Source: Candidatus Hydrogenedentota bacterium
GTDB lineage: Bacteria > Hydrogenedentota > Hydrogenedentia > Hydrogenedentales > CAITNO01
DNA: 64,000 nucleotides
Direction of reading: 5' to 3'
NCBI GenBank assembly: GCA_018056705.1
Contig: JAGPFE010000015.1
Coordinates: 2,701-66,700, forward strand
A program made the position numbers and the translations under genes. Position 1 is the stretch's first letter. Each line of letters opens with the position of its first letter. Below are positions 19,749-32,307 of the stretch, in pieces. The notes beneath the pieces are model-generated. The model did no database searches. It had not been told where the DNA came from and saw only the letters and a program-made list of their open reading frames with translations.

Positions 19749-20957
19749 ATGAAAACACAACGGGCAGGCAGGTGGGGAAGTTTGCTGGTCGTTTGCGGCT
19801 TGTTGATGGTTTCTGAAGGGTGGGCAAGTGAAGGCGTGTTTCTCCTGGGAAATGATGCCCAGCATCTCGGACGCGCCGGAAGCGGTATTGCCAGTCCCCG
19901 CAGTTCGTACTGGAGTTACATGAACCCCGCATCCATGGTCGACCTGGACCGCCGGGTGGATGTCAACTGGTACTCCGTTTACACGGATGTGGACCTGCGG
20001 CCCAGGGGTTTGCTCGGAAACCGGCTGGATGGGGACATGGAATCCACCCTTGCGCCTAATATTTTTTCCTCGGGGTTCATTTATCCCCTGGAGGTAGGCG
20101 TGCTGGGCGGTGGTGTATTTATTCCCAGTGGATCCGGGGTGGATTACGAGGGTTCCAGAACATGGTTCAGTCGCATTTTCCAGGGTAACACCGACCGGCG
20201 ACTTTCTTACCAGCATATCCGGGGCGTGTTATCTTACGCTTACCCCTTTGATAACGGCTGGGCGGTCGGCGTCAGCCTGCATGGATCGGTTTCCCGATTT
20301 CGGACGGATCATCTTACCTTGAATCTGAACCCTTGTCGCGGTGATAACGAGTGGGATTCTTCACTGGGGGCTGGATTCGGTTTCGGGGTATATAAAACCT
20401 GGGATACCTTTGCTGTCGGCGCGGCCTACAGTTCCCGTCACTGGACCGAAACCATGGACCGGTACAACGACCTGTTGGCGAATGCCTTGGATACCCCCCG
20501 GGTTATCCAGGCTGGCTTTGCGTGGAAACTCCGTCCGAACCTGGAATTCACGGCGGATTACAAGTGGCTCAACTGGAAGGCCATTCCGTCGTATGGAAAG
20601 CCCCTTTCCAAGGGCGGGTTTAACTGGGATGATCAGAACGGCGTGAAACTTGGCCTGGAATGGACTGTACATCCCAAGTGGACCCTGATGGCCGGATTGG
20701 CCCATTCCACCACCCCGATCGACGAGGATCACGCGTTTTTAAGCGCGCTGGTTCCCGTGACAGTAGAAGACCACTATACGGGCGGAGTCACCTACCGGAT
20801 CACTGATCATCACCAGGTGCACCTGGTGGGGGTGTATGCGCCCCATCACGCCATCACGGACACCGGTAAGGGGGATATCTTTTCCGTGATCGGAAAAGGC
20901 AGTACGATCAGCGCGGGCGCGGTTTCCTTCTGTTTCGGCTACAGTTATCTCTGGTAG
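19749..20957 (+). CDS. Outer-membrane beta-barrel transporter, FadL/TodX/OmpP1-like
   Basis: Signal peptide MKTQRAGRWGSLLVVCGLLMVSEGWA. N-terminal hatch region with GRAGSGIA and NPA motif (YMNPASMV). Alternating amphipathic strands. C-terminal aromatic end ...FGYSYLW. Confidence 0.65.
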   Translation: MKTQRAGRWGSLLVVCGLLMVSEGWASEGVFLLGNDAQHLGRAGSGIASPRSSYWSYMNPASMVDLDRRVDVNWYSVYTDVDLRPRGLLGNRLDGDMESTLAPNIFSSGFIYPLEVGVLGGGVFIPSGSGVDYEGSRTWFSRIFQGNTDRRLSYQHIRGVLSYAYPFDNGWAVGVSLHGSVSRFRTDHLTLNLNPCRGDNEWDSSLGAGFGFGVYKTWDTFAVGAAYSSRHWTETMDRYNDLLANALDTPRVIQAGFAWKLRPNLEFTADYKWLNWKAIPSYGKPLSKGGFNWDDQNGVKLGLEWTVHPKWTLMAGLAHSTTPIDEDHAFLSALVPVTVEDHYTGGVTYRITDHHQVHLVGVYAPHHAITDTGKGDIFSVIGKGSTISAGAVSFCFGYSYLW

Positions 20958-21083
20958 CCCTCGGATTTCAATTCACGGGTTTGATTTTTTATTTCTTTCC
21001 GTATCAAGGTAATCCTATTTCCGTCATCGCCAGTTATATAATCGAATCAGATTGAAACAAGCCCTACTTTCAGATGACGGAGT

Positions 21084-22490
21084 GTGTCAAAATTGAGCGG
21101 AAGCGTGACGGAATACCTGGTTCTGGTTGGAACCGTGGACCCGCAAAAAGGCCGGGCCATCTGCCAGGAACTCGAACAATCCGGGTTTTCCACCGAGCGG
21201 GGGCACGATGCCGCGGCCATGTTACGCCTGATTTCCAGGCGTCAGCCGTCGGCCCTCGTGCTGGAACTGTCCCTGAATCCTCCGGACATGGACCTGGTGT
21301 CGTTTGCCCTGGAGCGACATCCTGCCCTGCAGATCGTGGTGATGTGCGCGACATACCAGTTGGAACAGGGGCTCGAAGCCCTGCGCCGGGGAGCGGTCAA
21401 CCTGTTGCCCGACTGCTGCCGGCCATCGGACGTGGCCCTGGTGATGGGGCGAGCCATGGCCCGGGTGGCTTCACGAGAGGCTTTGGACACTTTTGAACAG
21501 AACATGTTTGAATCGCTGGCTGGCCAATCGGAAGGCATGCGCCGGGTCATTCACCTCATCCGGAAAGTGGCCCCCACCGACAGTACCGTGCTGCTGCTGG
21601 GCGAAAGCGGCACGGGTAAGGAAGTAGTTGCCCAGACCCTGCATCGGCTAAGTCGGAGGCGTGATAAGCCCTTCGTGGCGGTTAACTGTGCCGCCCTGCC
21701 CGAGGGACTGCTGGAGAGCGAGCTCTTCGGACACGTGAAGGGCGCGTTTACCGGGGCGGACCGGGACAAGCAGGGGCTGTTTGCCGAAGCGGATGGAGGA
21801 ACGCTGTTTCTGGACGAGGTGGGGGACATGGCCCTGGCTACCCAGGCCAAATTGTTGCGAGCCCTGCAGAACGGTGAAATCCGCCAGGTGGGCGCCACCA
21901 TGTCCCGGAAGGTTAACGTTCGGGTGATCGCCGCCACGAACGTTGACCTTGCCCGGGCGGTGGCGGAAAAGCGGTTCCGGGAAGACCTGTACTACCGGTT
22001 GAACGTTTTTCAGATCCGTATTCCGCCCCTGCGAGAACGGCTGGACGCGCTGCCCGCCCTGGTGAAGCATTTTATTCAACTCGCCAACAGGCGTTTCGGT
22101 CGGAACGTGCGGGACATCGACGACGAGGCCATGGCGTACCTGCGTCGCTATCCCTTTCCGGGAAATATCCGGGAACTGGAAAGCATCATCGCGCACGGGG
22201 TGATCATGGCGGATACCCCGCGCATACGCGTGCAGGATCTACCCGACGTGGTTCGACGGGGTGCCATGGCTTTTCCCGCCCTGGAACATCACGCCGTCCA
22301 GGAAGAAGTGGAGCCTCTCGAGGTGATGGAAGCCCGGGCCATCCGGAAAGCGCTGGAGCATTTCGACGGCAACCAGAGCCTGGCCGCGAAGGCACTAGGT
22401 ATTTCCCGGTCCACCCTCTGGCGAAAACTGAAGGAGTATGGTATCGGCGACAAGGAATCCATCGCGGTTTCCGATGATCCGGTGCCCTGA
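21084..22490 (+). CDS. Sigma-54-dependent transcriptional activator with atypical (Glu-substituted) receiver domain
   Basis: GTG start. AAA+ sigma-54 interaction domain (GESGTGKEVVAQTLH, GAFTGA, ESELFGH). C-terminal Fis-type HTH. N-terminal receiver-like fold reads ALVLELSLNPPDMDLV, with Glu at the usual phospho-Asp position. Confidence 0.85.
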   Translation: MSKLSGSVTEYLVLVGTVDPQKGRAICQELEQSGFSTERGHDAAAMLRLISRRQPSALVLELSLNPPDMDLVSFALERHPALQIVVMCATYQLEQGLEALRRGAVNLLPDCCRPSDVALVMGRAMARVASREALDTFEQNMFESLAGQSEGMRRVIHLIRKVAPTDSTVLLLGESGTGKEVVAQTLHRLSRRRDKPFVAVNCAALPEGLLESELFGHVKGAFTGADRDKQGLFAEADGGTLFLDEVGDMALATQAKLLRALQNGEIRQVGATMSRKVNVRVIAATNVDLARAVAEKRFREDLYYRLNVFQIRIPPLRERLDALPALVKHFIQLANRRFGRNVRDIDDEAMAYLRRYPFPGNIRELESIIAHGVIMADTPRIRVQDLPDVVRRGAMAFPALEHHAVQEEVEPLEVMEARAIRKALEHFDGNQSLAAKALGISRSTLWRKLKEYGIGDKESIAVSDDPVP

Positions 22491-22525
22491 AAAAAAACGA
22501 TCCGCCAGCCTCTGCTGACGGATCG
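22490..22525 (-). terminator. Rho-independent terminator for slyD (weaker bidirectional hairpin)
   Basis: A8 on the plus strand (22490-22497) then hairpin CGATCCGCCAGC-CTCT-GCTGACGGATCG (22498-22525). On the minus strand this is a hairpin followed by U8. Confidence 0.55.
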
Positions 22526-22548
22526 GAACAGGATTCGATTATTGTCGC

Positions 22549-23052
22549 TCAGGCGGGATCTTCCTTGGGCGCGTCCGAAATGGACAGCAACTTGATCTGG
22601 CACCGCAACGGCTCACCCGCCAGAGGATGGTTGGCGTCCAGGACTACCCGATCGCCGTCCACGGCCACCACGCGCAGGAAGAGTCGCCCTTCCGTCATGC
22701 CGCTGGGATCATCGAAGGTGTACGTCTGTCCGACCTCCACCTTAGCACCGGGACCGAAGGCTTCGATCCCCACTTCCTGGATCATCTCCTCGACAACCTG
22801 ACCGAAAGCGTCTTCTGGCTGGATCACGAAATCCCGGATTTCGCCAGCGACCATGCCTTCGATTCCCGCTTCGAAACCAGGCAGGAACACGCCTTCGCCC
22901 AAAACCAGGGTCAGGGGTTCGTCGTCTTCGCTCATGCCCACGGTTTTTCCGTCCAGCGTGGACACGCGGTAATGCACCGTGACGCTGTCACCTGCCGCGG
23001 CGTGGCGAACGTCGCCACTATCTTCCGGACGCGCGGATGCGTTGTCATTCAT
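22549..23052 (-). CDS. slyD: FKBP-type peptidyl-prolyl cis-trans isomerase (SlyD-like)
   Basis: GDSVTVHYRVSTLDGKTVGMSEDDEPLTLVLGEGVFLPGFEAGIEGM FKBP core with inserted flap. Acidic N-terminus. Confidence 0.8.
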   Translation of the reverse strand: MNDNASARPEDSGDVRHAAAGDSVTVHYRVSTLDGKTVGMSEDDEPLTLVLGEGVFLPGFEAGIEGMVAGEIRDFVIQPEDAFGQVVEEMIQEVGIEAFGPGAKVEVGQTYTFDDPSGMTEGRLFLRVVAVDGDRVVLDANHPLAGEPLRCQIKLLSISDAPKEDPA

Positions 23053-23069
23053 GAAAGTAGCCGCCCTGA

Positions 23070-23399
23070 TCAGTAACGGCGGGGGCGGAAATCGCCGCCA
23101 CCCCGTCCGCCGCGATCCCGGAAGCCGCCGCCACCGCCGCGCGGACCGCGGTTGTCGTCTTTCGGGCGAGCTTCGTTCACCTTGATGGCGCGGCCGTCAA
23201 GGTCCCGGCCGTCCAGGGCGGAAATCGCCGCGTGGCCTTCTTCGCTGGAGGGCATTTCGACGAAACCGAAACCACGAGACCTGCCGGTTTCCCGGTCCAT
23301 GATCACGCGGGCGGACGAAACCTCGCCAAAGGCTTCGAAGGCTTCCCGGAGGGAATCGTCGGTGGTGGTGTAAGACAGGTTACCTACGTAGATGTTCAT
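23070..23399 (-). CDS. RRM-type RNA-binding protein with Gly/Arg-rich tail
   Basis: MNIYVGNLSY (RNP2) and RGFGFVEM (RNP1). C-terminal GPRGGGGGFRDRGGRGGGDFRPRRY. AAGGAAA RBS before the ATG. The ORF-track N-terminal extension was discarded. Confidence 0.8.
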   Translation of the reverse strand: MNIYVGNLSYTTTDDSLREAFEAFGEVSSARVIMDRETGRSRGFGFVEMPSSEEGHAAISALDGRDLDGRAIKVNEARPKDDNRGPRGGGGGFRDRGGRGGGDFRPRRY

Positions 23400-23679
23400 C
23401 AACCATTTCCTTTTGGTTGTTCGCGGGTCCGGCCCCCGCAACTCTTTTCCTTCAGCCGTCACAGCCTATACGGGGTCGAAACACTCACGAACACACCAAT
23501 AGGATCTGATCGACGTCGCCGGCGGGCCTGTCCGGGCGACCCGCTGCGGCTATCCTAACACAGTCCGGAAAATTTTGCAACATTTTTCGCGCTATTTTTC
23601 AGGGGTGTGTGCGGTTGAAGTGGCGTTTTTTGCGGGGGATTGGACATCCCCTGGCGAACGGGAGTTCCCGTTAATAATT

Positions 23680-23704
23680 TTTTCTCACTTTGTTCGTCGA
23701 GAGC
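23680..23704. repeat. Solo copy of the MITE terminal repeat (TTTTCTCACTTTGTTCGTCGAGAGC)
   Basis: Shares CTCACTT-GTTCGTCGA with the left arm of element B (42463-42495). Confidence 0.35.
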
Positions 23705-23907
23705 AAAGGTACGCTCAAGCGGACGGCATTCCGGAAAAAGCAACAACGCTTCGGGAAGAGCAACGTTCCGGGCGAAAGAGCGTTGTAACAACCATTCGGG
23801 AACTGGCTGACCGCGTCCCCAGTTGATGTCTTCCGTGAAATCCGGCATCAACAACAGGGCACCCTTGAACCTGGTTCACTCGGGGACCCGGGCTGACGGA
23901 ACGCATA

Positions 23908-24576
23908 TCATGAAGACGAGGCAGTTGTCTTGGGGTTTTCCCGTGGTTTCACGTTTTTACCCCGGCGGAATTCCCAGGGCGGAACGGGATCTGGGTCGCG
24001 CCATACCCCTCTTTGCTCCGATCGGGCCTGTGCTTCAGCGTGCTGGAGTTCCGTGTCGTTCGGGGCATAGGCTTTATACCACCATGCCAGTCCTTCCCTG
24101 ACTAGTAAAGTGTTCAGCCGGGAATCGTCTTCCAGGTATACGTCGGCGACCACGCGGCCGTACCGATCCCGCGCGTGGGGATGTACCCGGACATTTTTTC
24201 CGAAAACGGTATCGGACACGAGCTGTCGGGCCCGTTCCCCAAAGGCCTGTTTTTTCTCCGGGGCGTCCACGCCGAAGAGACGAACCGTGACTTCTTCTTT
24301 TCGTGCCGTAAGCAGGGTCAGTGTGTCCCCGTCTTTCACGCCGACGCACCGGGCGTTGAAGGGTTCATCGCGCAGGGGGGACGTGCCTGCGGGCCTGGAT
24401 TCTTCCGGACCGCTGCCGTCATCCGTCAAGACCTGTGTGGTCGCTGGAGCCAGGTTGCATACCTGGAGATACCGGTATCCGCGGGATGCCAGCAGGACCA
24501 GGAGCAGGAAAAACAACACCGGAACCCGGGACTTCCGCCGGGCTCCGGTGGCAAACATCGATGGGCGTCTTACCAT
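23908..24576 (-). CDS. Secreted thermonuclease (staphylococcal nuclease homologue)
   Basis: N-terminal hydrophobic segment. VKDGDTLTL...VRLFGVDAPE...YGRVVADVYL...LVREGLAWWY are SNase catalytic motifs. Confidence 0.75.
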   Translation of the reverse strand: MVRRPSMFATGARRKSRVPVLFFLLLVLLASRGYRYLQVCNLAPATTQVLTDDGSGPEESRPAGTSPLRDEPFNARCVGVKDGDTLTLLTARKEEVTVRLFGVDAPEKKQAFGERARQLVSDTVFGKNVRVHPHARDRYGRVVADVYLEDDSRLNTLLVREGLAWWYKAYAPNDTELQHAEAQARSEQRGVWRDPDPVPPWEFRRGKNVKPRENPKTTASSS

Positions 24577-24591
24577 TCAGGTTATTTTATC

Positions 24592-25998
24592 TTACTCCTT
24601 GAACTGTTCGATGAGGCCGGTGATCACCGCCTTGGCATCCCCGAAGATCATGCGGGTGTTCTCTTTGTAGAACAGGGGATTCTCGATGCCCGCGAAACCG
24701 GACCGCATGGATCGCTTGATCACGAAGCAGGTCTTGGCCTTGTCCACGTTGATGATGGGCATGCCGTAGATGGGGCTGGTCTCATCTTCCCGCGCCGCGG
24801 GATTGACCACGTCGTTCGCGCCAATGACCACGCAGACGTCCACCGTTTCAATGATGGGATTGATATCGTCCATTTCGATGAGTTGTTCGTAGGGCACGTT
24901 GGCCTCGGCCAGCAGCACGTTCATGTGTCCGGGCATGCGGCCCGCCACGGGATGGATGGCGTATTTAACCTCCGCGCCGTTTTTCTCGAGCAGTTCACCC
25001 AGTTCCCGAACGGCGTGCTGCGCCTGGGCGACGGCCATGCCGTAACCCGGCACGAACACGACGGAACTGGCCGCTTCAAGCACGTAGTAGGCGTCTTCCA
25101 CGCTGAGGGCTTTTACCTCGCCCTGCACTGCCTTGCCCGCCCCGACGGTGGACGCTCCAAAGCCGCTGAAGAGCACGTTGGTCAGGGAACGGTTCATGGC
25201 CTTGCACATGATGTTCGTCAGGATGATACCGCTCGCGCCGACCAGCGATCCCGCCACGATCAGCACCGTGTTGGAGATGACGAATCCCGCCGCGCAGGCC
25301 GCCAGGCCGGAATAACTGTTCAGCAGGGAGATGACCACGGGCATGTCGGCCCCGCCAATGGGGATGGTTACCAGTACGCCAAGCACCAGCGACAGGATGG
25401 ATGCGCTGATGAAGGCTGCCTTGGCCGTCGGCGTAAGGGGGTCCAGCAGGAAGGCCACCGCCGCCAGCAACAGGATCGCCAGCACAAGGCCGTTTACCAC
25501 CTGCTGTCCTTTGAACAGGATGGGTTTCCCGTTGATTTTCTCCGCGAGCTTGGCATAGGCGATTACGCTGCCGGTAAAGGTTACGCCGCCGATGAGAATG
25601 GCGAGGTAGGTGGCCAGCAGGGCGATGAAGCCCATGGCGTGTTCGGGGTTATTGACCAGCTTGTAGTATTCCGCCACGCCCACGAGCATGCTGGCCAGGC
25701 CGCCCGAACCGTTGAACAGGGCCACGAATTCCGGCATCGAGGTCATGGGAACGCGCGCGGCCGCCACCGCGCCGATCAGGCTACCCAACAGGAGTCCCGC
25801 GCCAATCGTGACGAACCCCATCTCCGGGAACTTGAACTTGTACAACAGCGTGGCCACAATGGCGATCAGCATGCCCACGGCCGAAATCAGGTTTCCCTTC
25901 GCGGCGGTGGGGATCTTGCTCATCATTTTGAGGCCAAGGATGAACAGGATGGCCGATACGATATACGCGATCTGGATTACCGCGTCCAGGTTCTGCAT
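24592..25998 (-). CDS. pntB: NAD(P) transhydrogenase subunit beta
   Basis: 468 aa polytopic membrane N-half. C-terminal NADP(H) domain GYGMAVAQAQH...VIGANDVVNPAA. Confidence 0.9.
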   Translation of the reverse strand: MQNLDAVIQIAYIVSAILFILGLKMMSKIPTAAKGNLISAVGMLIAIVATLLYKFKFPEMGFVTIGAGLLLGSLIGAVAAARVPMTSMPEFVALFNGSGGLASMLVGVAEYYKLVNNPEHAMGFIALLATYLAILIGGVTFTGSVIAYAKLAEKINGKPILFKGQQVVNGLVLAILLLAAVAFLLDPLTPTAKAAFISASILSLVLGVLVTIPIGGADMPVVISLLNSYSGLAACAAGFVISNTVLIVAGSLVGASGIILTNIMCKAMNRSLTNVLFSGFGASTVGAGKAVQGEVKALSVEDAYYVLEAASSVVFVPGYGMAVAQAQHAVRELGELLEKNGAEVKYAIHPVAGRMPGHMNVLLAEANVPYEQLIEMDDINPIIETVDVCVVIGANDVVNPAAREDETSPIYGMPIINVDKAKTCFVIKRSMRSGFAGIENPLFYKENTRMIFGDAKAVITGLIEQFKE

Positions 25999-26000
25999 GG

Positions 26001-26291
26001 TTACTTGCCTCCTTCCTTGCCTTTGAACATGGAGAGCATCCGGTGGGTTACCATGTACCCGCCCACCACGTTGATGGCTCCGCAGACCACCGCCACGAAA
26101 CCGACGGCATAACCCAGCGGATCATTGGCCGCCAGCCCGGCCACCAGGAGCGCGCCCACGATACTGATCCCGGAAATGGCGTTCGATCCGGACATCAGCG
26201 GCGTGTGCAACTGGGACGGTACCTTCGAGATCAGTTCAAATCCCAGGAAAATCGCCAGGGTGAAGGTGAATAGCAGCAACAGCATTTCCAT
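26001..26291 (-). CDS. pntA: NAD(P) transhydrogenase subunit alpha part 2 (membrane)
   Basis: 96-aa, three predicted TM helices. Lies between pntA part 1 and pntB. Confidence 0.8.
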   Translation of the reverse strand: MEMLLLLFTFTLAIFLGFELISKVPSQLHTPLMSGSNAISGISIVGALLVAGLAANDPLGYAVGFVAVVCGAINVVGGYMVTHRMLSMFKGKEGGK

Positions 26292-27430
26292 CAGCGGTTC
26301 TCCCGTGCCTTGCGGAGCATTTCGCTGCGCAGTTCACCGTTATGGGTGATCAGGCACCCGTTCATGATTTCATCTTCAGTTTTCAGGTCGAGGACCCTGG
26401 ATTCCTTGTTCCAGAAGTGTTCGATGAGATTGGCGATGTTGGCCGAATACATCTGGCTGGCGTGCACGGGCACGCGGCCGGGGAAGTTCTCCGCCCCGAT
26501 CACGATCACGCCATTGATGATGACTTCCTTGCCCGGCTCGCTGCCCTCGACGTTACCGCCCGTTTCCGCCGCGAGGTCGACGACCACGCTGCCCGGCCGC
26601 ATGGAGGCCACCATTTCTTTCGACACGATGCGGGGGGCCCGCTTGCCGAACACCTGGGCGGTGGTAATCACCACGTCGGATTGCGCGATGACCTTGGCCA
26701 TCGCTTCCATCTGTTTCTGGCGTTGTTCGGGGGTCAACTCCACGGCGTAACCGTCCTTGGTCTGGCCCGTTTCGCCCAGGTCGATCTTCACGAACTTCGC
26801 GCCCAGGGAGAGCACCTGCTCTTCGACGACCGGCCGGGTGTCGAAGGCTTCCACCCGCGCGCCCAGTCGTTTGGCCGTGGCAATGGCCTGTAATCCGGCG
26901 ACCCCTACCCCGATGATGAACACCCGGGAGGGCTTGAGCGTACCCGCCGGCGTCATCATCATGGGCAATACCTGTCCGAGCCGGTTCGCCGCCACCAGGA
27001 CCGCCACGTATCCCGCCAGGTTCGCCTGCGAACTCAGCGCGTCCATTTTCTGGGCGAGGGTCGTGCGCGGAATCATCTCCATGCAGATGCCGCTGACCTG
27101 GTGCTTGAGGAGCGCGTCCACCAGGGCGTGATCAAAGAACGGGTCCATGTAACTGATCAGGATGGTACCCGGCTTCAGCCTGGCCACCCACTCCGGGGAA
27201 GGCTTGCGCAACCGGACCACCACGCCCGCCGCGGCGAGATCCTTTTCCGGATCCTTGCTGACCCGGGCTCCGACCTTTTCATAGGCCGCGTCGTCCCATC
27301 CAACCGGCACTCCCATGCCGGATTCGATGACTACGTCCGCTCCCAGTTTGACCAACTTGGCCGCGGAATCGGGAATCAGGGGAACCCGCGTTTCTCCCGG
27401 CCAGGTTTCCTTGGGTACAAAAATAACCAT
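26291..27430 (-). CDS. pntA: NAD(P) transhydrogenase subunit alpha part 1 (NAD(H)-binding)
   Basis: VFIIGVGVAGLQAIATAKRLGA Rossmann motif. Alanine-dehydrogenase/PNT N-domain similarity. Confidence 0.9.
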   Translation of the reverse strand: MVIFVPKETWPGETRVPLIPDSAAKLVKLGADVVIESGMGVPVGWDDAAYEKVGARVSKDPEKDLAAAGVVVRLRKPSPEWVARLKPGTILISYMDPFFDHALVDALLKHQVSGICMEMIPRTTLAQKMDALSSQANLAGYVAVLVAANRLGQVLPMMMTPAGTLKPSRVFIIGVGVAGLQAIATAKRLGARVEAFDTRPVVEEQVLSLGAKFVKIDLGETGQTKDGYAVELTPEQRQKQMEAMAKVIAQSDVVITTAQVFGKRAPRIVSKEMVASMRPGSVVVDLAAETGGNVEGSEPGKEVIINGVIVIGAENFPGRVPVHASQMYSANIANLIEHFWNKESRVLDLKTEDEIMNGCLITHNGELRSEMLRKARENR

Positions 27431-27536
27431 CTTGGTCTTCCTTTGCAGATGCTGAACGATCAGTAGGCCTCCATTGCGAAAAATGATATAACAACCTATG
27501 AACTCTTAGCAATTGGAATCTTCTTGAAAAGCAACA

Positions 27537-28667
27537 TTAAACCTGCCGCATGCCGCGGTCGCGCAACGCCTGCACGATTTTCCGGACGTCCTGCGCGCGG
27601 GACTTGGGCAGTACAAGCACGGCGTCACCGGTGACGACCACGGCGAGGTCATGGACCCCCAGAAGGGCCACGGCCATGTTCCCGGCGGTTTCGTCCTGGA
27701 ATACCACCGATCGGGTCACGTCGATCAGCACCGGCTGACCATGTACCGCATTGCCATGGGCGTCCGACGGCAGAATGCGTTCCAGGGCGCTCCATTCGCC
27801 CACGTCGTCCCAGTGAAACGCGCCGGGTACCACCCGGATACTCCGGGCGTGTTCCATCAGGGCGAAATCGATCGATATGGACGGCAGTTCCAGGAAGACG
27901 GATTCGGCGGTCCGTGGATCGTTCGCGCGCAGGGCGCTCGCCATCCGGTCGATGGCAGATCGATGCGGCGCGCCCGCCTGTTCCAGTTCGGACAGGAAGG
28001 TGTCGAGGCGCCACACGAATATCCCGGCGTTCCAGTAATGCCGTCCCGAGGTCAGGTATTCTTCGGCAGTCAGTACATTCGGTTTTTCGCGGAAGCGGGC
28101 GACGGGGTACACCGGCGTGCCGTCATTTCCGGTGTACACGGGGGGGGAATCGGCCTGCTCAATATATCCGTAACCCGTTTCGGGACGGGTGGGCCGAATA
28201 CCGATAACCACGATTGCGGGGTGGGCGCGCGCCACGGCGCAGGCCGTTCCGAGCGCCTTGCGGTAGGCCGCGTGATCCGACACCCACGCGTCGGCCGGCA
28301 GGGCCGTCATCACGGTATGTTCTGGTTTGAAGTTCCGGGCAAGCAGGCTCGCGGCCGCCCATGCCAGGCAACCGGCGGTATTGCGGCGGGCGGGTTCGAC
28401 CAGGTAATTATCCGGGGGCAGCCCGGCGATCGCGCGGCGGATTTCTTCCAGCAGGGAGATGGAAGCCACCAGGAAGCGGTTCTCTGGAGGAACCAGCCCG
28501 TCCAGTCGATCCAGGGTATCTTCCAGCAGGGGTTTTCCGGACGCGGAAAGGGGCAGCAGTTGTTTCGGTCGCTTTTCCCTGGAGAGAGGCCAGAACCGTT
28601 CTCCCACGCCGCCCGCCATGATGACGGCAACGGTACGGCCTGCCGAGTCGCGGGATTCGTCGGGCAT
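27537..28667 (-). CDS. Mannose-1-phosphate guanylyltransferase (NTP-transferase domain only)
   Basis: VIMAGGVGERFWPLS is the G-x-G-x-R nucleotidyltransferase motif. 376 aa without a PMI domain. Confidence 0.8.
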   Translation of the reverse strand: MPDESRDSAGRTVAVIMAGGVGERFWPLSREKRPKQLLPLSASGKPLLEDTLDRLDGLVPPENRFLVASISLLEEIRRAIAGLPPDNYLVEPARRNTAGCLAWAAASLLARNFKPEHTVMTALPADAWVSDHAAYRKALGTACAVARAHPAIVVIGIRPTRPETGYGYIEQADSPPVYTGNDGTPVYPVARFREKPNVLTAEEYLTSGRHYWNAGIFVWRLDTFLSELEQAGAPHRSAIDRMASALRANDPRTAESVFLELPSISIDFALMEHARSIRVVPGAFHWDDVGEWSALERILPSDAHGNAVHGQPVLIDVTRSVVFQDETAGNMAVALLGVHDLAVVVTGDAVLVLPKSRAQDVRKIVQALRDRGMRQV

Positions 28668-29327
28668 GGCTTCAGCCTTTCTGTCCGTAATAGGCGTCCT
28701 TGCCGTGTTTTCGCAGGAAATGCTTGTTCAGCAGGTGGGTTTCCAGGGGGACCGCGCCGGGATTCAGGATAAGCGTGTGAAACGCGAGCGCGGCCAGTTC
28801 TTCCAGGACGATCGCGTTCTCCACGGCCTGCCGCGGCGTCCGCCCCCAAACGAAGGGACCGTGCCCCGCGCACAGTACGGCGGGACATTCCAACGGGTCC
28901 CGGTTGACGAAATGCCGCACGATCAGGTCTCCAATGGCGCGCTCGTAGGCCTGGATGGTTTCTTCGGGGGCCGGCGCGGGTACCAGGGGGATCTCTCCGT
29001 TAAAGTAATCCGCGTGGGTAGTGCCCAGGCAGGGAAGGGAGCGGCGCGCCTGCGCGAACGCCGTGGCGTAATGGGAATGCACGTGCACAATGGCCCCGAC
29101 GTCATGAAATCCCTTGTAGAGCATCAGGTGCGCGGGCAGGTCCACGGAAGGCGCCAGGGTTCCCCACACCGGTCGGCCCTCGAGATCGACCACGACGATG
29201 GATTCGGCAGTGAGATCGGCATAGGCCACGCCGCTCGGCTTGATGGCAACCACGCCGTGATCCCGATCGATGGCGCTGGCATTTCCCCAGGTCTGGAAGG
29301 TCAATCCTTCCCCCTCAATGGCGAGGT

Positions 29328-32236
<2,909 letters not shown>

Positions 32237-32307
32237 TTACCATACTGAACAGAACATGAGCACACCCAATACCGTCACCTGATCCCGTACGTTTTCAGGG
32301 GTTCGGG

